This document shows positions 19,590-30,210 of a stretch of DNA of 64,000 nucleotides, piece by piece. Numbering within the stretch: position 1 is the stretch's first letter; each line of letters begins with the position of its first letter. Origin of the DNA: Polyangia bacterium (GTDB taxonomy: Bacteria > Myxococcota_A > Polyangia > JAAYKL01); assembly GCA_050287845.1 (NCBI GenBank), contig JBNKCR010000017.1, positions 18,186-82,185 on the forward strand, given 5' to 3'. A program made the position numbers and the translations under genes. The notes beneath the pieces are model-generated. The model searched no databases. It was not told the DNA's origin and saw only the letters and a list, made by a program, of their open reading frames with translations.

Positions 19590-20513
19590 ATGAACGAAGA
19601 TCTCTATAAAGTATTGGAATTGCAACGCAGCGCTTCTGACTCAGACATCAAGAAGGCGTATCGCCGATTGGCCCGCAAATACCATCCCGATACCAACACC
19701 AACAATCCGGAAGCTGAAGAAAAGTTCAAACAGATAGCTGCCGCATACGCGGTTTTGAGTGACAGGAAAAAAAAGGAACTGTACGACAAGTACGGCATCA
19801 ATGGTCTTCGGGATGGGTTTGATGAAAATCAGTGGCGTCAATATGGGGGGGGCGGCGATTCTGCAGGAGATTTCAATTTTGGCGGTTTTTCCGGATTTGG
19901 AGGTATGGAGAGCATCTTCGAAACCCTTTTTGGTGGCAGTCGGGCCAGAGGTCGGGCAGGCCGGGTCAGTGGCTCCCCGCCATGGAGCACGTCCGGGGGG
20001 CAAAAGGGAGGCGACGTCAAATCGAAACTGGATATTGATCAACTGGATGCGATTCTGGGACGGGAACTCGAATTGCTGGTTCCCATTGGTGGCCAGCAGA
20101 AGAAACTCAAAGTGAAGATTCCAAGGGGAATTGAAAACGGCAAATCCATTCGTCTGAAGCATCAGGGGAGTCCCGGCATGTTCAGCGGCTCTGCCGGTGA
20201 CTTGATTCTTGAACTCAATATCCGGGACAATGGTCCATATCGGCGACAGGGGGATAACCTTATCCGGGAGGCGTCCATCACAGTTCCGCAAGCGTATTTC
20301 GGCGACACCATTTCTGTGGAAACCCCATGGGGAGAAGGCAAGCTGAAAGTGCCGCCCCATACACAGGGAGGCACCCGGATGAGAATTAAAGGGCATGGTA
20401 TCCGAAAAGGGGAACAAAAAGGCGACCTTCTGGTGCAAATCAATGTGCTTATCCCTGAGTCCACCGACAAGAAATCTGAAGAACTGATCCGTAAACTCGA
20501 AAAACTCTATTGA
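19590..20513 (+). CDS. DnaJ-domain protein lacking zinc finger (CbpA-like curved-DNA-binding co-chaperone)
   Basis: J domain 'DLYKVLEL...[13 protein letters not shown]' with HPD. A G/F-rich linker, DnaJ C-terminal beta domains, and no CxxCxGxG repeats. Confidence 0.8.
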   Translation: MNEDLYKVLELQRSASDSDIKKAYRRLARKYHPDTNTNNPEAEEKFKQIAAAYAVLSDRKKKELYDKYGINGLRDGFDENQWRQYGGGGDSAGDFNFGGFSGFGGMESIFETLFGGSRARGRAGRVSGSPPWSTSGGQKGGDVKSKLDIDQLDAILGRELELLVPIGGQQKKLKVKIPRGIENGKSIRLKHQGSPGMFSGSAGDLILELNIRDNGPYRRQGDNLIREASITVPQAYFGDTISVETPWGEGKLKVPPHTQGGTRMRIKGHGIRKGEQKGDLLVQINVLIPESTDKKSEELIRKLEKLY

Positions 20514-21388
20514 GAAGTCAACCGTATTCTATTTCATGTTCTGGATGTTATTTACTCTGCCAGGAACACTCACCTGAAATGACATCGGAGGTAAGTCCTT
20601 CGATTTTTCCTTTTTTTTTATTCGTCAAGCCAATTGATGATTTATCGGCTTTCAGGGTGACTCAATATATATTCGATGGAAGCGTCGGATTTCGTTTTTT
20701 TGATTTTCCATATTCGGTGTTGCAGATACCCATCTCAATGAATCACAAAATTTGCCTTTCGAATATCCGGGTGTCCGGAACGGCGACCGGTTTGAATCCT
20801 TTTTGCATTCGCGCGAGACCAGCATCTTCAGACTTTCGTCCACTGTCCCTCGGTCGATGAAGTGTCAGCTACACATTGTTCGGGCTTTGCGAATTCGCAT
20901 AGAAAACTGCTTGTATTGCTGCGATTTCGTCGGTGGAAACAGGTGTTGGACCCCGTTTCTGGAAAGTATTATCAGCGCCGCTTTCTATCAATTCGTCCTG
21001 TTTTCGTTTGTCCCAGACATTGAAGGCAGCGATACATGCTTTTTATTCAGTAGTATTCAGTTCTACCACTTCAAGGAACGCCTCACCCTTTCAACCGACC
21101 AGAACCCCTATGACATTTGAATTACCCGACTCTGAAACCAATCTTCTTGTTGGGTACCATTTTCTTTCATCTGCTTCTACCAGTACGTGTAGGATTATCA
21201 GACGAAACATGATGGCGGAGCAGTGATACCAACCGTACTGGCGAACTTCGGCACTGAAACTTACGATTCTTTCCAGTATTCAATGCAATTGGCTTCAAAA
21301 CAGAGTATGCGGGGAGTGTATTTCGCTTTCCTGCTGGATATTTGGAAATTATACAGGTAAAACAACTCCAGTTTTTGCTGCAAGGCAT

Positions 21389-21560
21389 ATGTTTCACGTG
21401 AAACATTACTCTTCAGGAGTTCATGGTGGCGGTACCTGTAAAAAAGTTATCCACAGTTATCCACATGTTTCACGTGAAACAACGTAAAAGAAAGTGAGTA
21501 AAGACGCGGGTTTTATAGCCCTTGATAAAATCGCAAATTTTTTATAACAATTTATCCACA
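21389..21560. promoter_or_regulatory. regulatory array: three perfect DnaA boxes interleaved with two copies of an 18-bp palindrome ATGTTTCACGTGAAACAT
   Basis: TTATCCACA sits at 21447-21455, 21457-21465 and 21552-21560. The 18-bp palindrome is perfect at 21389-21406 and 17/18 at 21465-21482. The array lies 40-210 bp upstream of queC. Confidence 0.45.
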
Positions 21561-21601
21561 GGCTGGAAGAAGACAGATTTTTACTGTTATGGGATTTTAA
21601 T

Positions 21602-22276
21602 ATGAACGAAAAAAAGAAAAAAGCGGTGGTTTTGTTGTCCGGAGGCATGGATTCCTCGGTGGTATTGGCGGATGCGATATCCAGGGGGTATGAAGTGTAC
21701 GCATTGACGTTTTATTACGGACAACGACATCGGGTGGAATTGGAAACGGCAAAAAAGCAGGTGGCTGCAGCGAATGTTGCCAACCATATCGTTTTTGACT
21801 TGAATCTGGCTCAATTCGGCGGGTCGGCGCTGACCGATAATATAGCTGTTCCACATAACATTGATGCCAATGAAATCCCAGTGACCTATGTACCCGCCCG
21901 AAATACGGTGTTCCTGTCTGTGGCGTTGTCTTATGCGGAAGCCATCGGGGCGAGGGACATTTTTATTGGCGTGTCTTCAGTGGACTATTCCGGATATCCG
22001 GATTGTCGTCCGGAATTCATTGAATCCTTTGAGCGGACGGCCAATTTGGGAACCAAAGCTGCGGATGGGGGAGAACTCTTTCGAATTCATGCGCCTCTGA
22101 TTCGCCTGAGCAAAGAAGAAACGGTGTTACTGGGGAGAAAATATGGGGTAAATTTCAAAAATACCCATACTTGCTATGACCCGACACCGGACGGTAAGCC
22201 GTGTGGAGAATGTGATTCGTGCCGATTGCGAAAAAAAGGATTTGATGAAGCAGGATTGGATGACCCGGCGATTTGA
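21602..22276 (+). CDS. queC: 7-cyano-7-deazaguanine synthase
   Basis: PP-loop 'KAVVLLSGGMDSSV' and the C-terminal zinc-binding Cys cluster 'CGECDSC'. Confidence 0.9.
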   Translation: MNEKKKKAVVLLSGGMDSSVVLADAISRGYEVYALTFYYGQRHRVELETAKKQVAAANVANHIVFDLNLAQFGGSALTDNIAVPHNIDANEIPVTYVPARNTVFLSVALSYAEAIGARDIFIGVSSVDYSGYPDCRPEFIESFERTANLGTKAADGGELFRIHAPLIRLSKEETVLLGRKYGVNFKNTHTCYDPTPDGKPCGECDSCRLRKKGFDEAGLDDPAI

Positions 22277-22298
22277 GGAGAACCGGACTGAATGGGTG

Positions 22299-22952
22299 AT
22301 GATGATGACGATGTTGAATGTATACTCGATTTTTTATTCTCTACAGGGGGAGTCGACTTTCATGGGATTGCCATGTGTTTTCGTCCGCCTTACCGGGTGC
22401 ACTATCAAATGTACCTACTGTGATACCAAGGGAGTGGCAACGGCCATCGGGGATGACATGTCCATTGATGATGTTCTCGAGAAGGTAGCCACTTTCAATT
22501 GCGGGCTGGTGGAGGTGACCGGGGGAGAACCGCTGCAGCAGCAAAATGCGCCGGCATTGCTCCGGGCTTTGTGCGATGCCGGTTATCAGGTGCTGTTGGA
22601 AACCAGCGGTCAGGAGCCGGTGAATGAGATTGACAAACGGGTGCATATCGTCATGGATATTAAGACACCGGGATCTGGGGTGGCAGCGATTCTCAGTGAT
22701 GAGAATATTCAATCTCTTAAAAAATCAAAGGCGCAAATTAAGTTTGTCATTACCGACCGCAATGATTTTGATTTTGCTGTGATGATGGAGAAGAAGTATA
22801 GTCTGACCCAGATGTTTCCGGTTCATATATCACCCATAGCCGAGTTGGACAAACGGCAGGTCGCTGGATGGATACTCAACTCCAGAATACCTTTTCGAAT
22901 GCAATTGCAGTTGCATAAAATCATCTGGCCAAACGCTTTGGGTGAGGTATAA
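22299..22952 (+). CDS. queE: 7-carboxy-7-deazaguanine synthase (radical SAM)
   Basis: 'IFYSLQGES' and the radical-SAM cluster 'CVFVRLTGCTIKCTYCDT'. The start is refined to the ATG at 22299, just after the queC stop. Confidence 0.85.
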   Translation: MMMTMLNVYSIFYSLQGESTFMGLPCVFVRLTGCTIKCTYCDTKGVATAIGDDMSIDDVLEKVATFNCGLVEVTGGEPLQQQNAPALLRALCDAGYQVLLETSGQEPVNEIDKRVHIVMDIKTPGSGVAAILSDENIQSLKKSKAQIKFVITDRNDFDFAVMMEKKYSLTQMFPVHISPIAELDKRQVAGWILNSRIPFRMQLQLHKIIWPNALGEV

Positions 22953-23109
22953 CCCGTCCGCTCTGTTCCGATCCATTCTCCCAGAATGTTATTTCGCCAC
23001 AACTGTTCGTGAGAAGAAAGCCATGTTCATACCCTTTTATGGGGGAATTCAAAAAGTACGACCTTCATAAATATCTCGACCGTCGCAGTGAAAGTGAATC
23101 CGGGGTCCT

Positions 23110-23511
23110 TCAAGGCAGGAGGGTTACGACCAGCTCCCGATTGGAGCGGGGGCCGTCGAAATCACAGAAAAACACATTTTGCCAGGTGGAGAGCAACATT
23201 TGGCCATTCTCAAGGGGAATCATCTCAGAGGGGCCAACGATGCCGGCTTTGATATGGGCATCGGCGTTGCCGTCCACCTGGTCATGGAGCCATTGACCGG
23301 CAGGGGCTATCATTGAGAGACATCGGAGAATGTCAGTAGTGATGTTGGGATCCCAATTTTCCTGAATCATTACTGCAGCAGTGGCGCCGCGTGCGTAGAC
23401 AGCCATCAGTGCACATTCCGGGTGGGCGGCAGCGATACTTTTAAGGGCGCGGGTGACGTCCAGCATCTGCTGAGTCTGAGTAGTTTCAAGACGTATTGTT
23501 TTCCTGACCAT
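23110..23511 (-). CDS. YjbQ/UPF0047 family protein (secondary thiamine-phosphate synthase-like)
   Basis: 133 aa. Its sequence 'MLDVT...NGNADAHIKAGIVGPS...LLSTWQ' is characteristic of the YjbQ family. Confidence 0.65.
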   Translation of the reverse strand: MVRKTIRLETTQTQQMLDVTRALKSIAAAHPECALMAVYARGATAAVMIQENWDPNITTDILRCLSMIAPAGQWLHDQVDGNADAHIKAGIVGPSEMIPLENGQMLLSTWQNVFFCDFDGPRSNRELVVTLLP

Positions 23512-23624
23512 TTGTTTGACTTTCCAGGGTGAATGTTAAATTTTAAAAGCCATTTATCGGTGAATGTTTACAGAAATTGAAGAAAACGTCACTTTTTTTG
23601 CCATATTCGGAACGAAAAAAACCA

Positions 23625-25931
23625 ATGAAATTCTCTTACTCAAAGGAAGTGTGCATGGAAGACAGAGTCAATCAAATCAAACAGGCATTTGACACATTGC
23701 ATGTCTCTGCTGAAATAAAGCGGCAAGCCCTTGCCAGTGTTGAAAGGTGGCTAACGATGCCGGATTATGCACCGTACCATCCCTATATCCATCATCTGGT
23801 GGATGCGGAAAAATGGGAACTGTTGCTGGACAGTTTCTGGCAAATGATGCCGTTCGGCACAGGTGGAAGGCGGGGTCCGGTTGGTGCGGGCCCGAATCGA
23901 ATTAATCCGTATACCATCAGCCTGTCTGTCCAGGGGCATTGCAACTACCTGAAAGAAGTGATGGGGGGAGCGGGAGAACTGAGTGTGGTGGTGGCTCACG
24001 ATGTCAGACAATTTCTGGATGTGCGGGGGATTTATAAAGGGTTGACGGGGGTGCTCACAGGGATGACTTCATTGGATTTGGCCCGTGTATCCGCTACGAC
24101 GTATGCTGCGAATGGCATTAAAGCACTGGTGGTTGGGCCCTTGAAAGATGGCGAACAGACTCAAAAATGCACAGAAACCTATATCTCGACCCCGGAGTTA
24201 TCATTTATGATTCGGTACTATGGGGCAGTTGGCGGATTGAATATTTCTGCGTCCCACAACCATCCGGATGATAATGGCGGTAAGTTTTATAATCGATATG
24301 GCGGGCAGGAAATTCCCCCGGATGATGAAGTGCTGCTTCAGATGGTGGAGCAGGTCCGGGAGGTAAAAACGATGGCATACACCGATGCGGTGGAAAGTGG
24401 CTATATCGAATTTGTATCTCAAAAGGCACACAAGGAATATGTGGCACTGAATACCGCACTGGTTCACACCGAATCCAGATCAGCGAAAATCGCCTATACG
24501 CCGCTGTGTGGCACAGGAATGACTACCGTGTATGAGACGCTGAATACGCTTGGTTTCGACGTGGTAAAGGTGGCGGAGCAATCCATGTACGACGGATCGT
24601 TTAAAAGTGTCCGATATCGGATTGGCAATCCCGAGGTACCTGATTCAATGGATTTGCTAGAAAAGACCGCGGTAATGGAAGACTGCGATGTGGGTTTTGC
24701 CACCGACCCGGACGCGGATCGGCTGGGAATGATTGCCCGGGACGCGGACGGAAGCTGGGAATTTATCAATGGTCACGAGATTGGCGTGTTACTGATTCAA
24801 TCCATTATCTCCGCGAAAAAGAAGAAGGGTGAATGGGATGACAAAGGTATCTTTGTCAATACATTGGTGACCACCAGTCTGCAGCGAACCATTGCCAGAA
24901 GCAACGGATTACAGGTGGTGGGCGACCTGATGGTCGGATGTAAGTATATCGCGGACGTGCTGCGACGTCTGGAAGACAATGGGGAGTATCCCTATCCGCC
25001 GGTGGACGGAAAAGACCGCGTAACAGGGCACCCGGGAAACTATGTATTTGGCACGGAAGAAAGCCATGGATATCTGGTGAGTCCGGACATTCGGGACAAG
25101 GATGCCTGCGGCGCTGCAGTGCATCTGGCAGGGCTGGTCAGTGAATTGAAGAATGAGGGAAAAACCATCCGTTCGTATCTCAGAGATATTTACCGGGTGT
25201 ATGGGTATCACCGAAATGACCAGCGTTCTATGGTGATGGAAGGTATTGAGGGGTTGCACCGGATTCGAAAAATTCAGGATGTGCTGCGCAGCAATCCCCC
25301 TCACGTAATTGCCGGGATGTCCGTTATCCGGTTTACCGACAATCATGTGGTCGGGGGACCGTTGTTGAGCTCTACCGATGAAGCCAGCAGAAATGTGCTC
25401 CTGTTTGAACTGGATGGGGGTAACGATATGGTGATACGACTGGTCGTGCGACCGTCGGGGACGGAGCCCAAAACCAAAATATATGTGGAAGTGCCATCTC
25501 CCCGGAAAATTGGTGGTACTTTAGATGATGTCTCTGAGACGATGTTGGCGACCATATCAGATGATGAGCTGGATGGGATTGTCGAAGAAACCGACAGGAG
25601 AGCCACTGCCATTTCGGATGAGTTCATTCGGTACTGCCTGGGTCCGGCGGTGCTGGGAAACACATTTCCCGCCCTGCCGAGAGAGTCGTTGTGGGTTTCC
25701 GATTTGGTGACCGTGGACAATAAAATTGCCCTGTGCACCACTATATTACCAGCGTTGCTTCTTCGAATTGAACAGGGGCAGGAGGTGGACCGATGGTTGC
25801 CGGAGCAACTGAAGACTTTCGGTGAAGATGCCATTGGACTGGTTGCCCGGGCGGCAAAAGCATGGATTAATCGGAAGGAAAATGATAGTAACGAAAATGT
25901 TAAAACAAAAGCGTTGGCTCTTTTTAATTGA
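23625..25931 (+). CDS. phosphoglucomutase/phosphomannomutase family protein with about 190-aa C-terminal extension
   Basis: Active-site loop 'ISASHNHPDDNGGKFY' and the sugar-binding loop 'GTEESHGY'. 'RPSGTEPKTKIYVE' occurs near the usual C-terminus and is followed by an extra domain. Confidence 0.75.
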   Translation: MKFSYSKEVCMEDRVNQIKQAFDTLHVSAEIKRQALASVERWLTMPDYAPYHPYIHHLVDAEKWELLLDSFWQMMPFGTGGRRGPVGAGPNRINPYTISLSVQGHCNYLKEVMGGAGELSVVVAHDVRQFLDVRGIYKGLTGVLTGMTSLDLARVSATTYAANGIKALVVGPLKDGEQTQKCTETYISTPELSFMIRYYGAVGGLNISASHNHPDDNGGKFYNRYGGQEIPPDDEVLLQMVEQVREVKTMAYTDAVESGYIEFVSQKAHKEYVALNTALVHTESRSAKIAYTPLCGTGMTTVYETLNTLGFDVVKVAEQSMYDGSFKSVRYRIGNPEVPDSMDLLEKTAVMEDCDVGFATDPDADRLGMIARDADGSWEFINGHEIGVLLIQSIISAKKKKGEWDDKGIFVNTLVTTSLQRTIARSNGLQVVGDLMVGCKYIADVLRRLEDNGEYPYPPVDGKDRVTGHPGNYVFGTEESHGYLVSPDIRDKDACGAAVHLAGLVSELKNEGKTIRSYLRDIYRVYGYHRNDQRSMVMEGIEGLHRIRKIQDVLRSNPPHVIAGMSVIRFTDNHVVGGPLLSSTDEASRNVLLFELDGGNDMVIRLVVRPSGTEPKTKIYVEVPSPRKIGGTLDDVSETMLATISDDELDGIVEETDRRATAISDEFIRYCLGPAVLGNTFPALPRESLWVSDLVTVDNKIALCTTILPALLLRIEQGQEVDRWLPEQLKTFGEDAIGLVARAAKAWINRKENDSNENVKTKALALFN

Positions 25932-25979
25932 ATCCAAAGCGTTGGGACAGTTTCAGCTGACAGAAAAGAGGTGAGCCCT

Positions 25980-26453
25980 ATGGCCGATGGTGTGAACAAA
26001 GTAATTTTAGTAGGAAATTTGGGAAAAGACCCGGAAATCAGCTATACCCAGGGGGGAACCGCCAGATGTCGATTTCCGCTGGCAACGGGCGAATCATATG
26101 CCAGTGCCACCGGTGAGCGACAGGAAAGAACAGAGTGGCACAATGTGGTGGTTTGGGGAAAACAGGGGGAAACCGTAGGTAAATTTTTAAGCAAAGGACG
26201 TCAGGTATATATCGAAGGCAGGCTGAGGACGCGCAGCTGGGATGACGAAAAGAGCGGCCAGAAAAAATACATGACCGAGGTGAATGCCCAGAAAGTGGTA
26301 TTTCTCGGTGGAGGTCGTTCGGAAGGCGGGGGGACACCGTCCGCAGGTGGTGGCGCTCCATCGGGTGGATTCAGTGGTCCATCCGATAAGTTCGGCGGTG
26401 GTGGTTACGACGGGCCACCCAGCTTCGGTGATGATGACGATATACCGTTCTGA
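25980..26453 (+). CDS. ssb: single-stranded DNA-binding protein
   Basis: OB-fold '[13 protein letters not shown]...WHNVVVWGK', a Gly-rich tail, and an acidic 'DDDIPF' C-terminus. Confidence 0.9.
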   Translation: MADGVNKVILVGNLGKDPEISYTQGGTARCRFPLATGESYASATGERQERTEWHNVVVWGKQGETVGKFLSKGRQVYIEGRLRTRSWDDEKSGQKKYMTEVNAQKVVFLGGGRSEGGGTPSAGGGAPSGGFSGPSDKFGGGGYDGPPSFGDDDDIPF

Positions 26454-27253
26454 TGAATCATATATATAAAACCCTTCTCAAATTTGCATTTCTTTTAATC
26501 ACTGTTGTTCCACTGGTTGCATATGGATATGGAACCCTTAAGGACGTTCGGTATAAAATCAAGGCAGCCGATGGGAGCCGATGGAACCATCTGCTCGGCC
26601 GGGGAAACATCGTTCGTGGTACCGAAGTGCCGAATAAAATTACATTCACCTTTGATGATGGTCCGGATCATCGGACAACTCCCATATTGTTGAATGAGCT
26701 CGATAAGTATCATGTGAAAGGCACTTTTTTCATTAATGGACATCGATTTCATCATCGAACCGCTGGGGGGGAAGAAAACAAGGCAGTGCTCAGAGACGTG
26801 ATTCGCAGGGGTCATTTTATCGGAAATCACACGTTCTCCCACAAAGATGTGACCGCCATGGATGAAGAGACCTGGAAAAGAGAAGTGCACCAGGTGTCGT
26901 GGCTGGTATCGGAGATGTCGGGAAAGCAGCTGAATCTGTTTCGCCCTCCCTTTGGACGATTGAATCAGACCAATCTGCAGAGTCTTTCAGCCCAGGGATA
27001 TACCGTGGTCATGTGGAATCTGGATCCCCTCGATTGGCAGGCATCCACAGCCCGGGAATTGTTGCGTCGGAGCAAACGGGTGATTGAGGAGAATCCGGAG
27101 GGTGGGGTATTTCTTTTACATGACACCAACCGGAATACGGCAGAAGCGTTTCCTCTGATTATGGAATGGATTATGGAACGGAACGCGGAACTTGCAGCGT
27201 TGGGTAAACCAGTTCTGGAAGTGGTGGGGATAGACAGATTTATCAGCAACTGA
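26453..27253 (+). CDS. polysaccharide deacetylase (NodB-homology) family protein
   Basis: N-terminal TM or signal segment. 'ITFTFDDGPD' and 'GNHTFSH' are NodB motifs. Confidence 0.8.
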   Translation: MNHIYKTLLKFAFLLITVVPLVAYGYGTLKDVRYKIKAADGSRWNHLLGRGNIVRGTEVPNKITFTFDDGPDHRTTPILLNELDKYHVKGTFFINGHRFHHRTAGGEENKAVLRDVIRRGHFIGNHTFSHKDVTAMDEETWKREVHQVSWLVSEMSGKQLNLFRPPFGRLNQTNLQSLSAQGYTVVMWNLDPLDWQASTARELLRRSKRVIEENPEGGVFLLHDTNRNTAEAFPLIMEWIMERNAELAALGKPVLEVVGIDRFISN

Positions 27254-27352
27254 TTGAGAAATGATCAAGGGACGACGATGCTTCCGGGATGCGCCGATTG
27301 AAAAGGCATTCTGAATAACACCAGGCACTTGCCTTTGGTTGTCAGGCAGTGC

Positions 27353-27380
27353 TTGACCCCTTTTTTAGTGAGCGTATCTT
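27353..27380 (+). promoter_or_regulatory. sigma70-type promoter candidate for clpB (TTGACC-N16-TATCTT)
   Basis: -35 at 27353-27358 and -10 at 27375-27380. It lies about 25 nt upstream of the clpB ATG. Confidence 0.35.
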
Positions 27381-27404
27381 GTAGGCGAAAGTGAAGGGAA
27401 AAAG

Positions 27405-29972
27405 ATGAGACTGGATAAGCTAACTGTAAAATCAAGAGAAGCGTTGGCGGAAGCCGACGCGATTGCCCGAAAAATATCTCACCAGGAAATTACGGATTTG
27501 CACATGCTGGCGGCGATGGTGGATCAGAGCGAAGGGATGGTCAATCCAATTTTGACCCGATTGGGGGTCCCTGCTGAAATGCTCCGTGTCGCCATACAGA
27601 AAGAATTTGACAAGATACCAAAAGTATCTGGAGTAGATTCATTTCTGGGCGTCAGCCTGAAAAATCTGATAGATGCAGCGCAGGCGCTGGCAGATAGCCT
27701 GAAAGATGAGTATGTGTCTACGGAGCACTTTCTGTTGGGGATGGTAAAGGGATCGGGATTTGTTTCGGGGAAGGTGCTGAAGTCACTGGGTATCAATGAT
27801 GATACATTGAGAACCGTATTAAAAGAGATACGGGGAAACCAGCGGGTGGTGGACGAGGATCCGGAATCGAAATTTCAGGCGCTTGAAAAATACACCATTG
27901 ATTTGACCGCTCTGGCGCGGCAGGGAAAGCTGGATCCGGTAATCGGCCGCGATGAAGAAGTTCGACGAACATTGCAGGTATTGTCCCGTAGGACAAAGAA
28001 TAATCCGGTGTTGATTGGCGAACCCGGGGTGGGTAAGACTGCCATTGTGGATGGTATTGCACAGCGAGTGGTAAACGGTGATGTGCCGGAGAGTCTGAAA
28101 GATAAGTTTGTGTTGACCCTGGATATGGGATCCCTGGTGGCGGGTGCAAAGTTCAGAGGCGAATTTGAAGAGCGGTTGAAGGCGGTGATGAAGGAAGTTC
28201 AGGGGAGGAACGGACGCGTAATTCTGTTCATTGACGAGATGCATACGATTGTCGGCGCGGGGGCGGCGGAAGGATCTCAGGATGCAGCGAATCTGTTGAA
28301 ACCGGCTCTGGCGCGGGGGGAGTTGCGCTGTATCGGGGCAACCACTCTGGATGAGTATCGCAAATATGTGGAAAAAGACAAAGCCCTGGAACGTCGGTTT
28401 CAGCCGGTAATGGTGGTGGAGCCTGGTTTGGAAGATACCATCGACATATTGCGGGGAATAAAAGAAAAGTACGAAGTGCATCACGGCATTCGTATCCAGG
28501 ACAGTGCACTGGTCACCGCGGCAACGCTGTCATCAAGATATGTGACAGACAGATTTCTCCCGGATAAAGCCATCGATCTGGTGGACGAAGCGGCAAGCCG
28601 TCTGAAAATGGAGGTGGAATCTCTGCCAACGCCCATTGATGACCTTCAGCGAAAAATTACCCGAAAGCAGATTGAGCTGCAGGCCATGAAAATGGAGGGT
28701 GATGGGGAGAGGATCGCGGAAATTGAGGAAGAATTGGTAAAGCAGAATGACGAATTGAGTTCGATGCGGGCGAAATGGACACGGCAGCGGGATTTGGTGA
28801 ATACCTCCAAATCTCTCAATGAACAGATAGACGCGTTGAAAACCGAGGCGGAACTGGCGCAGCGTGAAGGGGAGTATCAGAAAGCAGCGGAAATCACATA
28901 TGGAAAGATTCCGGGGTTACACAAACAACTGGAACAGATTTCGGCGGAGCTGCTTTCTGTGGACCAGGCGGATTCGTTCATTCGGGAGGAAGTGACCGAT
29001 GAGGATATTGCGCTGGTAGTATCCAAATGGACCGGAATCCCGGTATCGAAGATGGTGGAAGGCGAAAAAGAACGACTGCTGAACATGGAAACGCGTATTC
29101 GGGAAAGGGTCATCGGTCAGGACAACGCCGTGAGCAAGTTGTCAAAGGCAGTACGATTGTCGAGAGCGGGGTTGAAGGATCCGAATAAACCTATCGCATC
29201 GTTTCTGTTTACCGGCCCCACCGGTGTCGGAAAGACCGAGGTTGCACGTGCGGCAGCCGAATTTCTCTTTGATGATGAATCAAATATGATTCGCATCGAT
29301 ATGAGTGAATACATGGAGAAACATGCGGTGGCCAGACTCATCGGGGCCCCTCCCGGATATGTGGGGTTTGATGAGGGAGGGCAGTTGACAGAAGCCGTAC
29401 GGCGCAGACCATACAGTGTCATTCTGCTTGATGAGGTTGAAAAAGCTCATCCGGACGTATTCAACGTACTGTTGCAGGTGCTGGATGACGGGCGTCTTAC
29501 GGATGGAAAAGGCAGGACTGTCGACTTTAAGAATACGATTATTATTATGACCAGCAATATTGGCTCTCAATATATTCTGGAATCTGATAATGCCAGTGAT
29601 GTGGAAAACCATATCATGGGATCCCTGAAGACGGTTTTTCGACCGGAGTTCATCAACCGGGTGGATGGGATACTGATTTTCAACAGATTGGAACGGCGCG
29701 ATTTGAAACAGATTTGCAATATTCAATTGCGCAACGTGGCCAGGTTGCTGGACTCCAGGGGATTGCGTCTGTCGTATACAGATGGGGTTCTGGAATGGTT
29801 GTCTCAAAAAGGATACGATAATGCATTTGGTGCCAGACCGCTTAAACGGGTGATTCAGGAAAATGTCCTGGAGGGTATCTCAGAAAAAATTATTGCCGGG
29901 GAGGTCACCACCAACCAGATCATTCAAATTGATGCGATTGATGATGCACTTCAGATAATAGTTCGCGGATGA
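27405..29972 (+). CDS. clpB: ATP-dependent chaperone ClpB
   Basis: 855 aa. Clp N domain, two AAA+ modules ('GEPGVGKT', 'GPTGVGKT') and a long coiled-coil middle domain. Confidence 0.95.
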   Translation: MRLDKLTVKSREALAEADAIARKISHQEITDLHMLAAMVDQSEGMVNPILTRLGVPAEMLRVAIQKEFDKIPKVSGVDSFLGVSLKNLIDAAQALADSLKDEYVSTEHFLLGMVKGSGFVSGKVLKSLGINDDTLRTVLKEIRGNQRVVDEDPESKFQALEKYTIDLTALARQGKLDPVIGRDEEVRRTLQVLSRRTKNNPVLIGEPGVGKTAIVDGIAQRVVNGDVPESLKDKFVLTLDMGSLVAGAKFRGEFEERLKAVMKEVQGRNGRVILFIDEMHTIVGAGAAEGSQDAANLLKPALARGELRCIGATTLDEYRKYVEKDKALERRFQPVMVVEPGLEDTIDILRGIKEKYEVHHGIRIQDSALVTAATLSSRYVTDRFLPDKAIDLVDEAASRLKMEVESLPTPIDDLQRKITRKQIELQAMKMEGDGERIAEIEEELVKQNDELSSMRAKWTRQRDLVNTSKSLNEQIDALKTEAELAQREGEYQKAAEITYGKIPGLHKQLEQISAELLSVDQADSFIREEVTDEDIALVVSKWTGIPVSKMVEGEKERLLNMETRIRERVIGQDNAVSKLSKAVRLSRAGLKDPNKPIASFLFTGPTGVGKTEVARAAAEFLFDDESNMIRIDMSEYMEKHAVARLIGAPPGYVGFDEGGQLTEAVRRRPYSVILLDEVEKAHPDVFNVLLQVLDDGRLTDGKGRTVDFKNTIIIMTSNIGSQYILESDNASDVENHIMGSLKTVFRPEFINRVDGILIFNRLERRDLKQICNIQLRNVARLLDSRGLRLSYTDGVLEWLSQKGYDNAFGARPLKRVIQENVLEGISEKIIAGEVTTNQIIQIDAIDDALQIIVRG

Positions 29973-30210
29973 ATTATTTTTGTATCTAAATATAATTATA
30001 TTGATACACGAGATATACGTAGTTAACCTGCAATTTTGTACAGCTTGTCTGATAAATGATACAGGTGCTTTTCAGCGTTTCAAAATAAACTTCGTCAAAT
30101 ATATAATTATATGAGATCTATCTATATGATTTTATTGTATTAATTACCTACAATATTCACAAATAAATTGCGGTGTTTTTTGAGGAGATAAGTGAGAAAG
30201 ATGACGGATT

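Noticed and set aside
19641-20438. 265-aa minus-strand ORF overlapping the DnaJ-domain gene
   Set aside because: The J-domain reading on the + strand is unambiguous. The antisense frame has no motif.
20514-21601. tmRNA, RNase P RNA or 6S RNA in the ORF-poor segment
   Set aside because: I found no tRNA-like acceptor or T-arm with a tag reading frame, and no conserved RNase P P4 or GGAAAGUCCGG-type strings. A covariance-model scan is still needed to exclude an ncRNA.
25343-25999. 218-aa minus-strand ORF overlapping the 3' end of the PGM-family gene
   Set aside because: It is antisense to the PGM gene. It covers the unexplained C-terminal extension, so I examined it, but the + strand frame is continuous from the catalytic core and the minus frame has a low-complexity Ser-rich composition.
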